From contig DASSXV010000044.1 in NCBI GenBank assembly GCA_035703635.1, forward strand, positions 1 through 64,000: 64,000 nucleotides of DNA, written 5' to 3'. Origin of the DNA: Trueperaceae bacterium. Lineage in GTDB: Bacteria; Deinococcota; Deinococci; Deinococcales; Trueperaceae. This document shows, piece after piece, positions 1 through 9,118 of the stretch; the first letter of the stretch is position 1; every line of letters begins with the position of its first letter. The translations under genes and the position numbers were made by a program. Below the pieces are notes generated by a model. It had not been told where the DNA came from. It saw only the letters and a program-made list of their open reading frames with translations, and ran no database searches.

Positions 1-287
1 GCATCAACGAACGCCGCCACCCCACCAGCAGCCTGCGCCTCAGCCACCACATGCAAAGCCAAAGTCGTCTTACCCCCAGACTCAGGCCCATACACCTCAA
101 CAACCCGCCCCCGCGGCAACCCACCAACCCCCAACGCCACAACAACACTCAAAGAACCAGTAGAAATAACCCCAGACCCCAACACCCCAACCGGCTCAGC
201 CCCCAACCGCATGATCGCCCCACGACCAAACTGCCGCTCAATCTGCGACAAAGCCGCATCCAAGGCCTTAACGCGTTCCTTATCCAT
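1..287 (-). CDS. recA: Recombinase A, N-terminal part (runs off window edge; not in ORF track)
   Basis: Manual translation from ATG 287: [29 protein letters not shown]...ISTGSLS...[45 protein letters not shown]; Walker [14 protein letters not shown] upstream. Confidence 0.97.
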   Translation of the reverse strand, partial: MDKERVKALDAALSQIERQFGRGAIMRLGAEPVGVLGSGVISTGSLSVVVALGVGGLPRGRVVEVYGPESGGKTTLALHVVAEAQAAGGVAAFVD

Positions 288-350
288 GATCCTGCCTCCA
301 GTCGGGCGTGGGCAGGGCGGTGTGCCCGCAACTCCACTACCTCAGTGATA

Positions 351-365
351 CCTTAAATACTAAGG
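351..365. promoter_or_regulatory. AT-rich inverted repeat CCTTA-N5-TAAGG upstream of recA (candidate operator/promoter)
   Basis: Perfect 5-bp arms overlapping TAGTAT/TAAGGT -10-like hexamers on the minus strand. Confidence 0.4.
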
Positions 366-406
366 CACCGGGGTGGGGTCGCGCAAGCGCCAATTGCCTA
401 GAAGCG

Positions 407-1429
407 CTAGGCAGTCAACACCCGTCGTACGGCAGCAAGAACGCGTTGCGCGTCGGGGCGATAGTGGTGCTCGAGCGTGGTGAACGGCGGGTAAGGAGCG
501 TCCCAACCAGCCACCCTGACGATGGGCGCCTCCAAGTAGTAGAGCGCCCCCTCCGCCAGCCGCGCGACGACCTCGGCTCCGAAGCCACCGCTGCGCGGCG
601 CCTCGTAGACCACTACCACTCGCCCCGTGCGTTTGACGGACTCCAAGATGGTCGCCTCGTCTAACGGCACCAACGTCTCGAGGTCGATCACTTCTAGCGC
701 TACGCCCTCGCGGGCCGCGACCTCGGCCGCCTTCAAACACACCTCGACCATGCCGCCGTAACTCACGAGGGTGACGGCGTTACCTGCTCGCACCACGCGC
801 GCCTGCCCAAGGGGGTGGGTGTAGTAGTCGGCAGCGATCACCTCGCGTCGTGAGCGGTAGAGCTTGATGGCTTCGAGGAAGAAAACGGGGTCCGGGTCGG
901 CGATCGCGGCCAACAGGAGTCCCTTGGCGCGCGCAGGCGACGACGGGATGACGACCTTGACGCCAGGCACGCTCGCCAACACGCCCTCAGGTGAGTCGGC
1001 GTGTTGCTCAGGCGTGTGAACACCGCCTCCGTAAGGTGCGCGCACGACGACGGGCAGCGAGAAGCGGCCGCGCGTGCGGTGCCGGTAACGGCCGAGGTGC
1101 GACATGATCTGGTCGAGAGCGGGGTACAAGAAGCCAGCGAACTGGAGCTCGGCAACCGGCCGCATGCCGCCTAGCGCTAGGCCGATCGCGAGCCCCATGA
1201 TGCCTGACTCCGCCAACGGCGTGTCGAAGACGCGCTCGGGTCCGAAGCGTTCCTGAAGCCCGTCGCTGGCGCGAAAAACGCCGCCGAGCAACCCGACGTC
1301 CTCGCCGAAGAGGAGCGTGGTTGGGTCGCGTTCAAGGGCGAGGGCCAAGGCGTCGTTGATGGCCTGCACCATGGTCACGCCCGTCTGCGCACGGTCTGGG
1401 AGCGGCGTAGTGGCAGCTTCAGGCGCCAT
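407..1429 (-). CDS. pdhB: 2-oxoacid (pyruvate/branched-chain family) dehydrogenase E1 beta subunit
   Basis: [32 protein letters not shown] motifs; ATG 1429 overlaps end of the alpha gene; substrate not determinable. Confidence 0.9.
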   Translation of the reverse strand: MAPEAATTPLPDRAQTGVTMVQAINDALALALERDPTTLLFGEDVGLLGGVFRASDGLQERFGPERVFDTPLAESGIMGLAIGLALGGMRPVAELQFAGFLYPALDQIMSHLGRYRHRTRGRFSLPVVVRAPYGGGVHTPEQHADSPEGVLASVPGVKVVIPSSPARAKGLLLAAIADPDPVFFLEAIKLYRSRREVIAADYYTHPLGQARVVRAGNAVTLVSYGGMVEVCLKAAEVAAREGVALEVIDLETLVPLDEATILESVKRTGRVVVVYEAPRSGGFGAEVVARLAEGALYYLEAPIVRVAGWDAPYPPFTTLEHHYRPDAQRVLAAVRRVLTA

Positions 1430-2447
1430 CGAGGGCCTCCATGGCACGGCGCTGGTCCGGCCACGGCTCCGCGAACACGTGCTCGACGATGCTGACGGCT
1501 CGCGGTTCAGGCGTGGCGTCGGCCACCGCCAGCGCCGCGCCCAGCTCCTCGTCCAGTTCGGCCATGAACGCCGTTTCGCGCTCGACGTCCCACAACCCGC
1601 GCGCCGACAAGACGGCACGCAGCCGGCCAAGCGGCTCCTCCGCCTCACGCCTTGCCGTCTCCACCTCGTCGCGATAACGGTGCGGGTCGTCGCTGGTGGT
1701 ATGGGGCGCCAAGCGGTAAGTCACCGCCTCGATGAGGGTCGGCCCGTCGCCCGCCCGCGCACGAGCGACGGCGGTCCGGGCCGTTACGAGGCAGGCCACG
1801 TAATCGTTGCCGTCGACCCTCACACCCGGCATGCCGTAACCAAGCGCACGGTCAGCAACGCGCACGTTGGCCATCTGACGCTCCGTCGGCACGCTGATGG
1901 CCCAGCCGTTGTTTTGCACGACGAACACCACTGGCGCGCGGAGAACGGCCGCGAAGTTGAGCGCTTCGTGGAAGTCCCCCTCACTAGTGCCGCCATCACC
2001 CACGTACGCCATCACGACCCACGGCTCGCGGTGAAAGCGTCCGGCAACGGCGAGCCCGACCGCCTGGGGCAACTGCGTGGCGATCGGGATGTAGAAAGGC
2101 AGGACCCGCACGTCCTCCGGGTAGCGCCAACCCTCGGCGTGCGCCCGCCAATAGAGCACGAGTTGACTTAGCGGCAGGCCGTGGGTGAGGGCGGCAGCGC
2201 TCTCCCTGTAGCTCGGCACAAGCCAATCGTGCGGGGCGAGCGCCATCGCCGTTCCGACCTGGGCGGCCTCCTGGCCGCGGTACGGGGCGTAAACCCCAAG
2301 CCGACCCTGGCGCTGCAACACCACCGCACGCTCGTCGAAGTGGCGCGCACGCGCAACGGCCTTGTAACCGGCCAGCAGTTCTTCGTCACCGAGCGGCAAC
2401 GAGCCAGCGACCTCCCCGTTAGCGGGAACGAAGCGGACCGTATCCAT
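1419..2447 (-). CDS. pdhA: 2-oxoacid dehydrogenase E1 alpha subunit
   Basis: QRQGRLG, GQEAAQ, TPP motif [15 protein letters not shown]...QNN, YR..HTTSDDP. Confidence 0.9.
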   Translation of the reverse strand: MDTVRFVPANGEVAGSLPLGDEELLAGYKAVARARHFDERAVVLQRQGRLGVYAPYRGQEAAQVGTAMALAPHDWLVPSYRESAAALTHGLPLSQLVLYWRAHAEGWRYPEDVRVLPFYIPIATQLPQAVGLAVAGRFHREPWVVMAYVGDGGTSEGDFHEALNFAAVLRAPVVFVVQNNGWAISVPTERQMANVRVADRALGYGMPGVRVDGNDYVACLVTARTAVARARAGDGPTLIEAVTYRLAPHTTSDDPHRYRDEVETARREAEEPLGRLRAVLSARGLWDVERETAFMAELDEELGAALAVADATPEPRAVSIVEHVFAEPWPDQRRAMEALDGA

Positions 2448-2778
2448 TGGCCCCTCCCTACCTGCCGCCGGTAGTCACACGACCAGGTGCATCCGAACTG
2501 GCGCACCTCGGGTAGGTACCCGCGGCCACGAATCAGTAACGTCAAGCTACCGCGAGTCGGCCCGCGAAGGCAGCCTCGCGCGCACGGTGAGGGTCGGCGC
2601 GAGCTCGCGCGTGACGATGCGCGGCGCCGTAGCGACGGCGCTGACTTACGCGCTAGGCGCGTTGTCCTGCGCCGCGGCAGGGTGAGTGTTCCGCGGCGCC
2701 ACCTGTGTACTTTCCCGCGGTATCACGTGACCTCGACGCCCGCGCGGCCACTGCCGTTGCGGTAGCGTGACAGGCACG

Positions 2779-3726
2779 ATGACCGAGGTGCAGGCCGCTC
2801 AACGAGCTGCGGCTTTCGAGGCGCGCATCGCTGCGGGCGAGAAGATCGAAGCTGGCGACTGGATGCCGGACGAATACCGCCGCCAGCTCATCCGCATGAT
2901 CGGGCAGCACGCGCACAGCGAGTACGTCGGCATGCTTCCCGAGGGCGCCTGGATTGACGCGGCCCCAACCCTCAGGCGCAAACTCATCCTAGTGGCCAAG
3001 GTCCAGGATGAGGCCGGCCACGGACAGTACCTCTATCACGCTGCGGAAACGCTGGGCGCTACCCGCGCCGAGATGCTCGACGCCTTGCTCGAAGGCCGCG
3101 CCAAGTACTCCTCCGTCTTCAACTACCCTACGCTCACCTGGGCCGACGTCGGCATGATCGGGTGGCTAGTCGACGGCGCAGCCATCAAGAACCAGCTGAT
3201 GCTCGCCCAATGCTCCTACGGCCCGTACTCGCGAGCGATGGTGCGCATCTGCGCCGAGGAGACGTTCCACCACCTGCAAGGCCGCGAGATGATCCTGACG
3301 TACGCCTCCGGAACGCCGCACCAGCGCGCCATGGCGCAAGACGCCCTCGACCGCTGGTGGTGGCCCGCGCTCATGATGCTAGGACCGCACGACGCAGACT
3401 CGCCGAACTCCCCGCAACTCAAGGCGTGGCGCGTGAAGACCAAGAGCAACGACGAGGTGCGCCAAGAGTTCCTCGACGAGCACGCACCAGAACTACTGGC
3501 GGCCGGACTCACCATCCCGGACGACGACCTGCGCTTCGACGAGGAAACCGGCCACTGGCGCCACGGACCGATCGACTGGGCGGAGTTCTGGCGCGTAGTG
3601 AAGGGCGACGGACCGTGCAACGCGGAGCGCCTCGCCGCGCGCAGGGCCGCGCACGACGACGGCCGCTGGGTGCGTGAAGCGCTCGCAGCGCACGCCGCGC
3701 GCGCGTCGCAACGGGCAAGCGAATGA
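2779..3726 (+). CDS. paaA: Phenylacetyl-CoA 1,2-epoxidase catalytic subunit A
   Basis: [32 protein letters not shown] di-iron motifs; ATG 2779 (GTG 2767 alternative). Confidence 0.96.
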   Translation: MTEVQAAQRAAAFEARIAAGEKIEAGDWMPDEYRRQLIRMIGQHAHSEYVGMLPEGAWIDAAPTLRRKLILVAKVQDEAGHGQYLYHAAETLGATRAEMLDALLEGRAKYSSVFNYPTLTWADVGMIGWLVDGAAIKNQLMLAQCSYGPYSRAMVRICAEETFHHLQGREMILTYASGTPHQRAMAQDALDRWWWPALMMLGPHDADSPNSPQLKAWRVKTKSNDEVRQEFLDEHAPELLAAGLTIPDDDLRFDEETGHWRHGPIDWAEFWRVVKGDGPCNAERLAARRAAHDDGRWVREALAAHAARASQRASE

Positions 3727-4253
3727 CGGTCGACGGTCAGCTCCCCCGCTGGGAGGTCTTCAAGCAAGACGCCAGCAGCAAGGCGCACGCTGCCGTGGGC
3801 TCGGTTCACGCCGCAGACGCAGAGCACGCGCTGCTCATGGCCCGCAGCGTGTTCGCGCGGCGGCCTTCCGCCGTGAGCTTGTGGTTGGCCCCGCGCTGGG
3901 CGGTGCATGAGTTCACGCGTGAGCAACTAGCGGAAGCGCTCGCGACCCCAGGCACGCAGCTGGCGGCCCCCATGCGCTACCGCGTCTTCATCAAGTCCTC
4001 CGATCGCCGCAGCATGGCGGCGTACGAGCACAGAGGAGAGGTAGTCGCCAGCGGCACGAGCGCTGCCTTGCGGGCGGCCACGCCAGACGAGCTGCCGCTC
4101 GGCGTGTGGCTCGTCGAGGACGCGGCCGTCATAGCAAGCGCCCCAGCTGACGCCGAGGCTTGGTTCGCGCCGGCCAGCGACAAGCGCTACAAACAGCAGT
4201 CTGAGTACGCCGTTAGCGTCAAGCGCCACCCTGCAAGGCGCGAGGGGTCATGA
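3723..4253 (+). CDS. paaB: Phenylacetyl-CoA epoxidase subunit B (long form, apparent tandem PaaB domain)
   Basis: WEVF...[18 protein letters not shown]...SLW; ATGA overlap with paaA. Confidence 0.9.
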   Translation: MTVDGQLPRWEVFKQDASSKAHAAVGSVHAADAEHALLMARSVFARRPSAVSLWLAPRWAVHEFTREQLAEALATPGTQLAAPMRYRVFIKSSDRRSMAAYEHRGEVVASGTSAALRAATPDELPLGVWLVEDAAVIASAPADAEAWFAPASDKRYKQQSEYAVSVKRHPARREGS

Positions 4254-5017
4254 CCCTCACCCCCGAGCTCAGCGCCGCCCTCGTCGAGCGCCTGACGGCG
4301 TACGCGGACGACGAGCTCGTGCTCGGTCACCACCAAGCTGGCTGGACCGGCCACGCGCCGCTACTAGAGGAAGACATCGCCATCGCCAACGTGGCGCAAG
4401 ACGAGATAGGCCACGCCGTTGCGTGGCTCGAGCTGCGCGCCGCACTTGACGGCTCCGACCCCGACCGGCTTGTGTTCTTCCGCGCAGCAAGCGACTACCG
4501 CAGCGCCTGGTTGAGTGAGCAGCCTCGCGGCGACTGGGCGTTCACGATGCTGCGGCAGTACCTGTTCGACGCCTACGAGGCCGAGCTCCTCGCGCGCCTC
4601 AGCGCCAGCTCCTACCGGCCGCTCGCAGACACGGCAGCGAAAGTCGCGCGCGAGGAGCTCTTCCACCTGCGCCACTCGCGGCTGTGGGTCGAGCGCTTGG
4701 CGCACGGCACGGACGAATCACGCGACCGGTTGGTTTCAGCGGTTGCGGTGGCGTGGCCACTCATGGCGCAGCTCCTAGCGCCGTTGCCTCAAGACGCGGC
4801 GTTGGAGGCCGCCGGCATCACCTACTCGTCGCGTGACTTGGAGGAGTCCGTGGTGGCCGCTACTAGCGCAGAGTTGGTTAGGCACGGCTTCGCCTTGCCG
4901 CCCTTCGCGCCGGTGCCAGCCGGCGACCCGCGCGCGCTGCGAACCGAGCACCTCGCGCCCACGCTTCTCGTGATGCAGTCGGTGGCACGGTCCGACGCAG
5001 ACGCGCAGGCGTGGTGA
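4250..5017 (+). CDS. paaC: Phenylacetyl-CoA epoxidase subunit C
   Basis: ADDELVLG...W.GHAP.LEEDIA..N.AQDEIGHA, EELFH; ATGA overlap. Confidence 0.95.
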   Translation: MTLTPELSAALVERLTAYADDELVLGHHQAGWTGHAPLLEEDIAIANVAQDEIGHAVAWLELRAALDGSDPDRLVFFRAASDYRSAWLSEQPRGDWAFTMLRQYLFDAYEAELLARLSASSYRPLADTAAKVAREELFHLRHSRLWVERLAHGTDESRDRLVSAVAVAWPLMAQLLAPLPQDAALEAAGITYSSRDLEESVVAATSAELVRHGFALPPFAPVPAGDPRALRTEHLAPTLLVMQSVARSDADAQAW

Positions 5018-5520
5018 TGACACCGCTGCCGGACGACGGCCGCACCGCGCTGGCATGGGAGGCGCTTAGCACCGTGCTCGACCCGGAGCTGCCTGCCGTC
5101 AACATCGTCGAGCTTGGCCTCGTCCGCGAAGTAACCGCCACTTCGGCTCCTGATGGGGTGCTGGTGGCGATCACGCCTACGTTCTCAGCGTGCCCGGCTT
5201 GGCACGTGATCGAACGTAACGCTGTTGCCGCACTGGAAGCGGCCGGGGTCGGGCGGGTCGTGGTCGAGAAGCGCATCGCGCCCGCCTGGTCGTCCGACGA
5301 CATGACAGAAGGGGCGCGCGCGAAGCTGGAACGCTTCGGCATCGCCCCTCCTGCCGTGCACGGTGGCCTCGTCCAGTTGGCTATCGAGGCGCCCGTACGT
5401 TGCCCGCGGTGCGGTCACCCTGACACGCGACTACGCAACGCCTTCGGCTCCACGTTGTGCCGCGAGATACGCACGTGCGCCGCCTGCCACGAGACCTTCG
5501 AGCGCTTCAAGCCCCTGTGA
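5017..5520 (+). CDS. paaD: Phenylacetyl-CoA epoxidase subunit D (PaaD/PaaJ)
   Basis: V.DPELP..IVELG, ITPTFSACPA, CPRCG...FGSTLC....C..C.E.FE.FK; TGATG coupling. Confidence 0.95.
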   Translation: MTPLPDDGRTALAWEALSTVLDPELPAVNIVELGLVREVTATSAPDGVLVAITPTFSACPAWHVIERNAVAALEAAGVGRVVVEKRIAPAWSSDDMTEGARAKLERFGIAPPAVHGGLVQLAIEAPVRCPRCGHPDTRLRNAFGSTLCREIRTCAACHETFERFKPL

Positions 5521-5528
5521 CGCCGCGG

Positions 5529-7283
5529 TTAGCTCAGCGGGTACCCTTCCGCGGCATAGACGGCGTCCGCGGCGCTGCGCCGCAACTCGATGAGGTCTAC
5601 CCCATGATCCTTCAAGTACGCCTGGAACCGCGGCATGGCCTCGTTGCCGCGTGGGATGCGCCGCAACGCCTCCGTGCCGAGGTCGCGCGCCCGGTCGACG
5701 GCCGCGAACGCGTAGAGCCGCGCCATGACCGCCGCCGCCTCTCCACTGCCTGCGCCCGCTAGGCGCTCCGCGCGCAACAGGCCAGACTCCGCCAGGTAAG
5801 TCAGGCCAACCATGTCTGCCACGCGCGCCAGTAGTTCCTGCTCGCGCGCCAACCCCTGCATGTACGCCATCGCTCCCATGCCGGCCACCATCAGGGTGCC
5901 TAGCTTGAGGTTGGCGAGGGCGAGTTCTGCGTCCGCAAGGACGCCAGTGGCCGCCACCGAGGTCACGGGGCTGCCCATCATGGCCTCCTGCGCCGGCCCT
6001 AGGAGGTCGAGGTCGCCGCGCATGGCGCGCTTCAGCAACTGGTCGACGGTTAGCTCGCGGTTGATCTCGTTCGTGCCCTCGAAGATGCGGTTGATACGGC
6101 TGTTCCGGTACGGCAGTTCGATGGGGTAATCGGCGGAGAAACCGTAGCCGCCGTAGATCTGCAGCGCCTCGTCCACGACGTAATCGAGGATCTCGGAACC
6201 GAACACCTTGATGAACGAGTACTCGACCGCGTAGTCGTTGAGGGCGGCGAGCTGCGAGACGGCGTCGTCCTTGCCACGCAGGGCGGCGTCCATGCTCCCG
6301 CCGAGGCGGTAGACGGCGCTCTCAAGCGCGAAGGTGTCGGACGCCATGCGCCCGATCTTCTCCTTGATGAGGCCGAAGGTGGCGATGGGCGCCTTGAACT
6401 GGATGCGTTCCTTCGCGTACGCCTGGCTGAGACCGATGAGTTGCTTGGCGCCACCGGAAGCACCGACGGCCAACTTGTAACGTCCGATGTTGAGGATGCC
6501 GAAGGCGATGTGGTGGCCCTTGCCGACCACTCCAAGCAGGTTGGCGCGTGGCACCCTCACGTTCTCGAGGATCACTTGGCGGGTGCTCGAGCCCTTGATG
6601 CCCATCTTGTGTTCCTCTGCCCCGAAGCTCAGCCCCGCGGTGCCCTTCTCGACGAGGAAGCAACTGAACTTATCGCCGTCGACTTGCGCGAACACGGTGA
6701 AGAGGTCCGCGAAGCCCGCGTTCGAGATCCACATCTTGGTGCCGTTGAGGACCCACTCGTCGCCCACTAGGTCGGCGCGCGTCTTGGCGGCAAGCGAGTC
6801 GGAGCCGGAGCCCGGTTCGCTCAGACAGTAGGCCGCCACCCATTCACCCGAGGCAAGTTTGGGCAAGTAGTGCGCCTTCTGCTCCTCCGTGCCGAAGTAG
6901 ACGAGCGGCAGCGTGCCGATGCCGGCGTGAGCGTTGAAGGTGACGTTGAACGAGCCTGAGGCCGCGATGGCCTCCGTGACGACCGATGACGCCGCCTTGC
7001 CCTGGCCGAGGCCGCCGTACGCTTCTGGGACCTCGACACCCAACAGACCGAGTTCACCTGCCCTTGCCATCTTGGCACGCGAGAGTTCGTAATCCAGACC
7101 CTCCAGCTTGGCGAAGTCTGGCAGGATCTCGCGTTGCACGAAGGTCCGCGCTGTCTGCGCGAACATCTTGAGGTCGTCGTCGAACGCCTCGGGGATGAGC
7201 ACCGTGTTGGCGTCCTGGCGCTCGATCAGGAAGGCGCCGCCCGTGGGCGCAACGACCTGCGGGTTGCTGTTCGCATCTGCCAT
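5529..7283 (-). CDS. fadE: Acyl-CoA dehydrogenase (FadE-like, long type)
   Basis: YCLSEPGSGSD, LNGTKMWISN, KMGIKGSST, YGGYGF, RIFEGTNEINR; strong AAGGAGG RBS. Confidence 0.93.
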   Translation of the reverse strand: MADANSNPQVVAPTGGAFLIERQDANTVLIPEAFDDDLKMFAQTARTFVQREILPDFAKLEGLDYELSRAKMARAGELGLLGVEVPEAYGGLGQGKAASSVVTEAIAASGSFNVTFNAHAGIGTLPLVYFGTEEQKAHYLPKLASGEWVAAYCLSEPGSGSDSLAAKTRADLVGDEWVLNGTKMWISNAGFADLFTVFAQVDGDKFSCFLVEKGTAGLSFGAEEHKMGIKGSSTRQVILENVRVPRANLLGVVGKGHHIAFGILNIGRYKLAVGASGGAKQLIGLSQAYAKERIQFKAPIATFGLIKEKIGRMASDTFALESAVYRLGGSMDAALRGKDDAVSQLAALNDYAVEYSFIKVFGSEILDYVVDEALQIYGGYGFSADYPIELPYRNSRINRIFEGTNEINRELTVDQLLKRAMRGDLDLLGPAQEAMMGSPVTSVAATGVLADAELALANLKLGTLMVAGMGAMAYMQGLAREQELLARVADMVGLTYLAESGLLRAERLAGAGSGEAAAVMARLYAFAAVDRARDLGTEALRRIPRGNEAMPRFQAYLKDHGVDLIELRRSAADAVYAAEGYPLS

Positions 7284-7345
7284 CTGTGGCCTCCTTGGCG
7301 CTCCCGGCGAGCCGCGGTGCGCTTCGCCGGGCCAAGCTACAACTC

Positions 7346-7360
7346 TTGGACTGAGTACAA
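7346..7360. promoter_or_regulatory. Candidate TetR-type FadR operator TTGGACTGAGTACAA
   Basis: Fits the TTRNACYNRGTNYAA palindrome I recall for Thermus FadR at every fixed position; 63 bp upstream of the acyl-CoA dehydrogenase start, next to -10-like TAGCTT (7339-7334). Confidence 0.7.
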
Positions 7361-7404
7361 GTTTACCTCAGGCCGCGGCCAAGTTGCGCCCCAGCGCTCG
7401 CGGC

Positions 7405-8985
7405 TCAGGGCAGGTGCGGCCCGACGCTCGTGATGGCGCTCACGATAGCTAGGAGCAGCAGACCGACGCAGAACCAACCCGTCGCCTGAGCGAAGCGGCG
7501 CCCTAGCCCAGAGCGCAACCGCACCACCCCGTAGAGGAAGCCGCCGACTAGCCCGCCGACGTGACCCCACAACGAGACGCCGGGCACGGCAACGCTGAAG
7601 ACGATGAGGAGCGCGACCCACTGTAAGAGACCGCGCAGCAGCAAGCGGTCGGAAGGCGCCCTGCTCAGGGCCGCCTCGGCCAGCAGAGCGCCCGCCACGC
7701 CAAGGATGCCGCCCGAGGCGCCAACGAGCACAAGCTGTTGGCCGGCCTGGAACACGGTGGTGGCAACCGCGCCGAGCGCCGTGCCAGCCGTGAACGCCGC
7801 CAACAAGTCGCCCCAACTACGCCGCCGCTCGTACAACCGCCCGATGTCGAAGAGCACCCACAGGTTGAGGCCGATGTGCAAGATGCTCCCATGGAGGAAC
7901 GCGTACGTGAGGAAGCGCCACCAGGCGCCCGCGTCAGGCACGCCAGGAATGCCTTGAACGAACGCGGCAACGATGCTGCTCGCGTGCATCCCTTGGCCCC
8001 TCACCGACAGCACCCCGTAGTACTTGTCCGCCAAGACCTGCGCGAGGTACGCGGACGCGATCACCGCCGCCAACAAGTACGTGGCGAGCGGCCTGCGCGC
8101 GAGCGTTGCCGCAGACGTTGGCGGGGTGGCGCCAAGCGCACGCAGCCGCGCCGCGTAACGGGTGCGTTGCGTCCCACTCGACGACATGTACGCCGCCGCG
8201 TACGCCTTGACCGCCGCAGAAGGCCGCCCGCCACGCTCGGCTGCCGTCCCCAAGATGTCGTAGAGGGTTGCGGGCGTCACCCCCGCCAAAGGCTGCTCGA
8301 GTAGGCTCCTGGCGCCGTCGAAGTCGCCCTCGCGAGCAGCTAGTCGCGCTTGCGAAAGCACGACGGCGCGGAAGCCTAGCGGGCCCTGCTTGCCTGCCTC
8401 GAAGCGCGTCTTCAGGTTGGCCGTCTCATGCCGCGCCTGCTCGACGTGTCCGAGCGCCAGCAACGCCTCGATGCGCGCGGCGGCAAGGAGGTGCGCGTTG
8501 TCGGCCTCCCACGCGCTTGGCGGCTGCTCGAGCTCGAGCACCTTCTGGTAGTCGCCGCTCAGGAGGTACGCCTGACCAAGTAGCACGGGGTCGTGGCGGG
8601 TGGTCAGCGCGAGCGCCGCCTCACCCTCACCGCGTTGCAGAGCTGCCTGCGCGAGGAGCCGCCCCACCGCCGCCCTACCACCCGCCGTCCAGTAGAGCAG
8701 CAGGTTGAGGACGCGGGCCACGCGCCAGGCGCCCGCACGCACGAGGGCGAGGAGCGCGACGGGCCCGAAGACGAAGAGCGGCGTCAACACCAGGGTAGCC
8801 GCCAGGAGCCAGGTTGGCGCGCGCCACGCGCCGTAAGTCGCGTAAGCGACTACGGCGGCGGCGACGGCGGCGAGCAGCGTCTTGGCTGGGAACTCGTTAG
8901 GTAGTGGAGCTAGGCGCGTGGCCCAGCGCATCGACGAGACGCCCGCCACCGCCACTACGATCAGGAAGAGAGTCGCCGTTGTCAT
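7405..8985 (-). CDS. Rhomboid-family intramembrane serine protease with N-terminal TM segments and TPR-like helical region
   Basis: WRFLTYAFLHG..LHI..N, catalytic GASGG and GHVGG; TACCAT 7 nt before ATG 8985. Confidence 0.88.
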   Translation of the reverse strand: MTTATLFLIVVAVAGVSSMRWATRLAPLPNEFPAKTLLAAVAAAVVAYATYGAWRAPTWLLAATLVLTPLFVFGPVALLALVRAGAWRVARVLNLLLYWTAGGRAAVGRLLAQAALQRGEGEAALALTTRHDPVLLGQAYLLSGDYQKVLELEQPPSAWEADNAHLLAAARIEALLALGHVEQARHETANLKTRFEAGKQGPLGFRAVVLSQARLAAREGDFDGARSLLEQPLAGVTPATLYDILGTAAERGGRPSAAVKAYAAAYMSSSGTQRTRYAARLRALGATPPTSAATLARRPLATYLLAAVIASAYLAQVLADKYYGVLSVRGQGMHASSIVAAFVQGIPGVPDAGAWWRFLTYAFLHGSILHIGLNLWVLFDIGRLYERRRSWGDLLAAFTAGTALGAVATTVFQAGQQLVLVGASGGILGVAGALLAEAALSRAPSDRLLLRGLLQWVALLIVFSVAVPGVSLWGHVGGLVGGFLYGVVRLRSGLGRRFAQATGWFCVGLLLLAIVSAITSVGPHLP

Positions 8986-9118
8986 CGCCCCGATGGTACC
9001 GCCGCGCGCATGGTCGCTGCGTGGTACACCCTCGGGCGCGCGGCGCTCAGACACACTTCATGGCGACCGTTACAATCGAACACGGCCGCCACTCAGTGCC
9101 GGCACCTGGAGGCGTCAC

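Noticed and set aside
51-356. 101-aa Pro/Asn/Arg-rich + strand ORF
   Set aside because: Antisense shadow of the GT-skewed recA.
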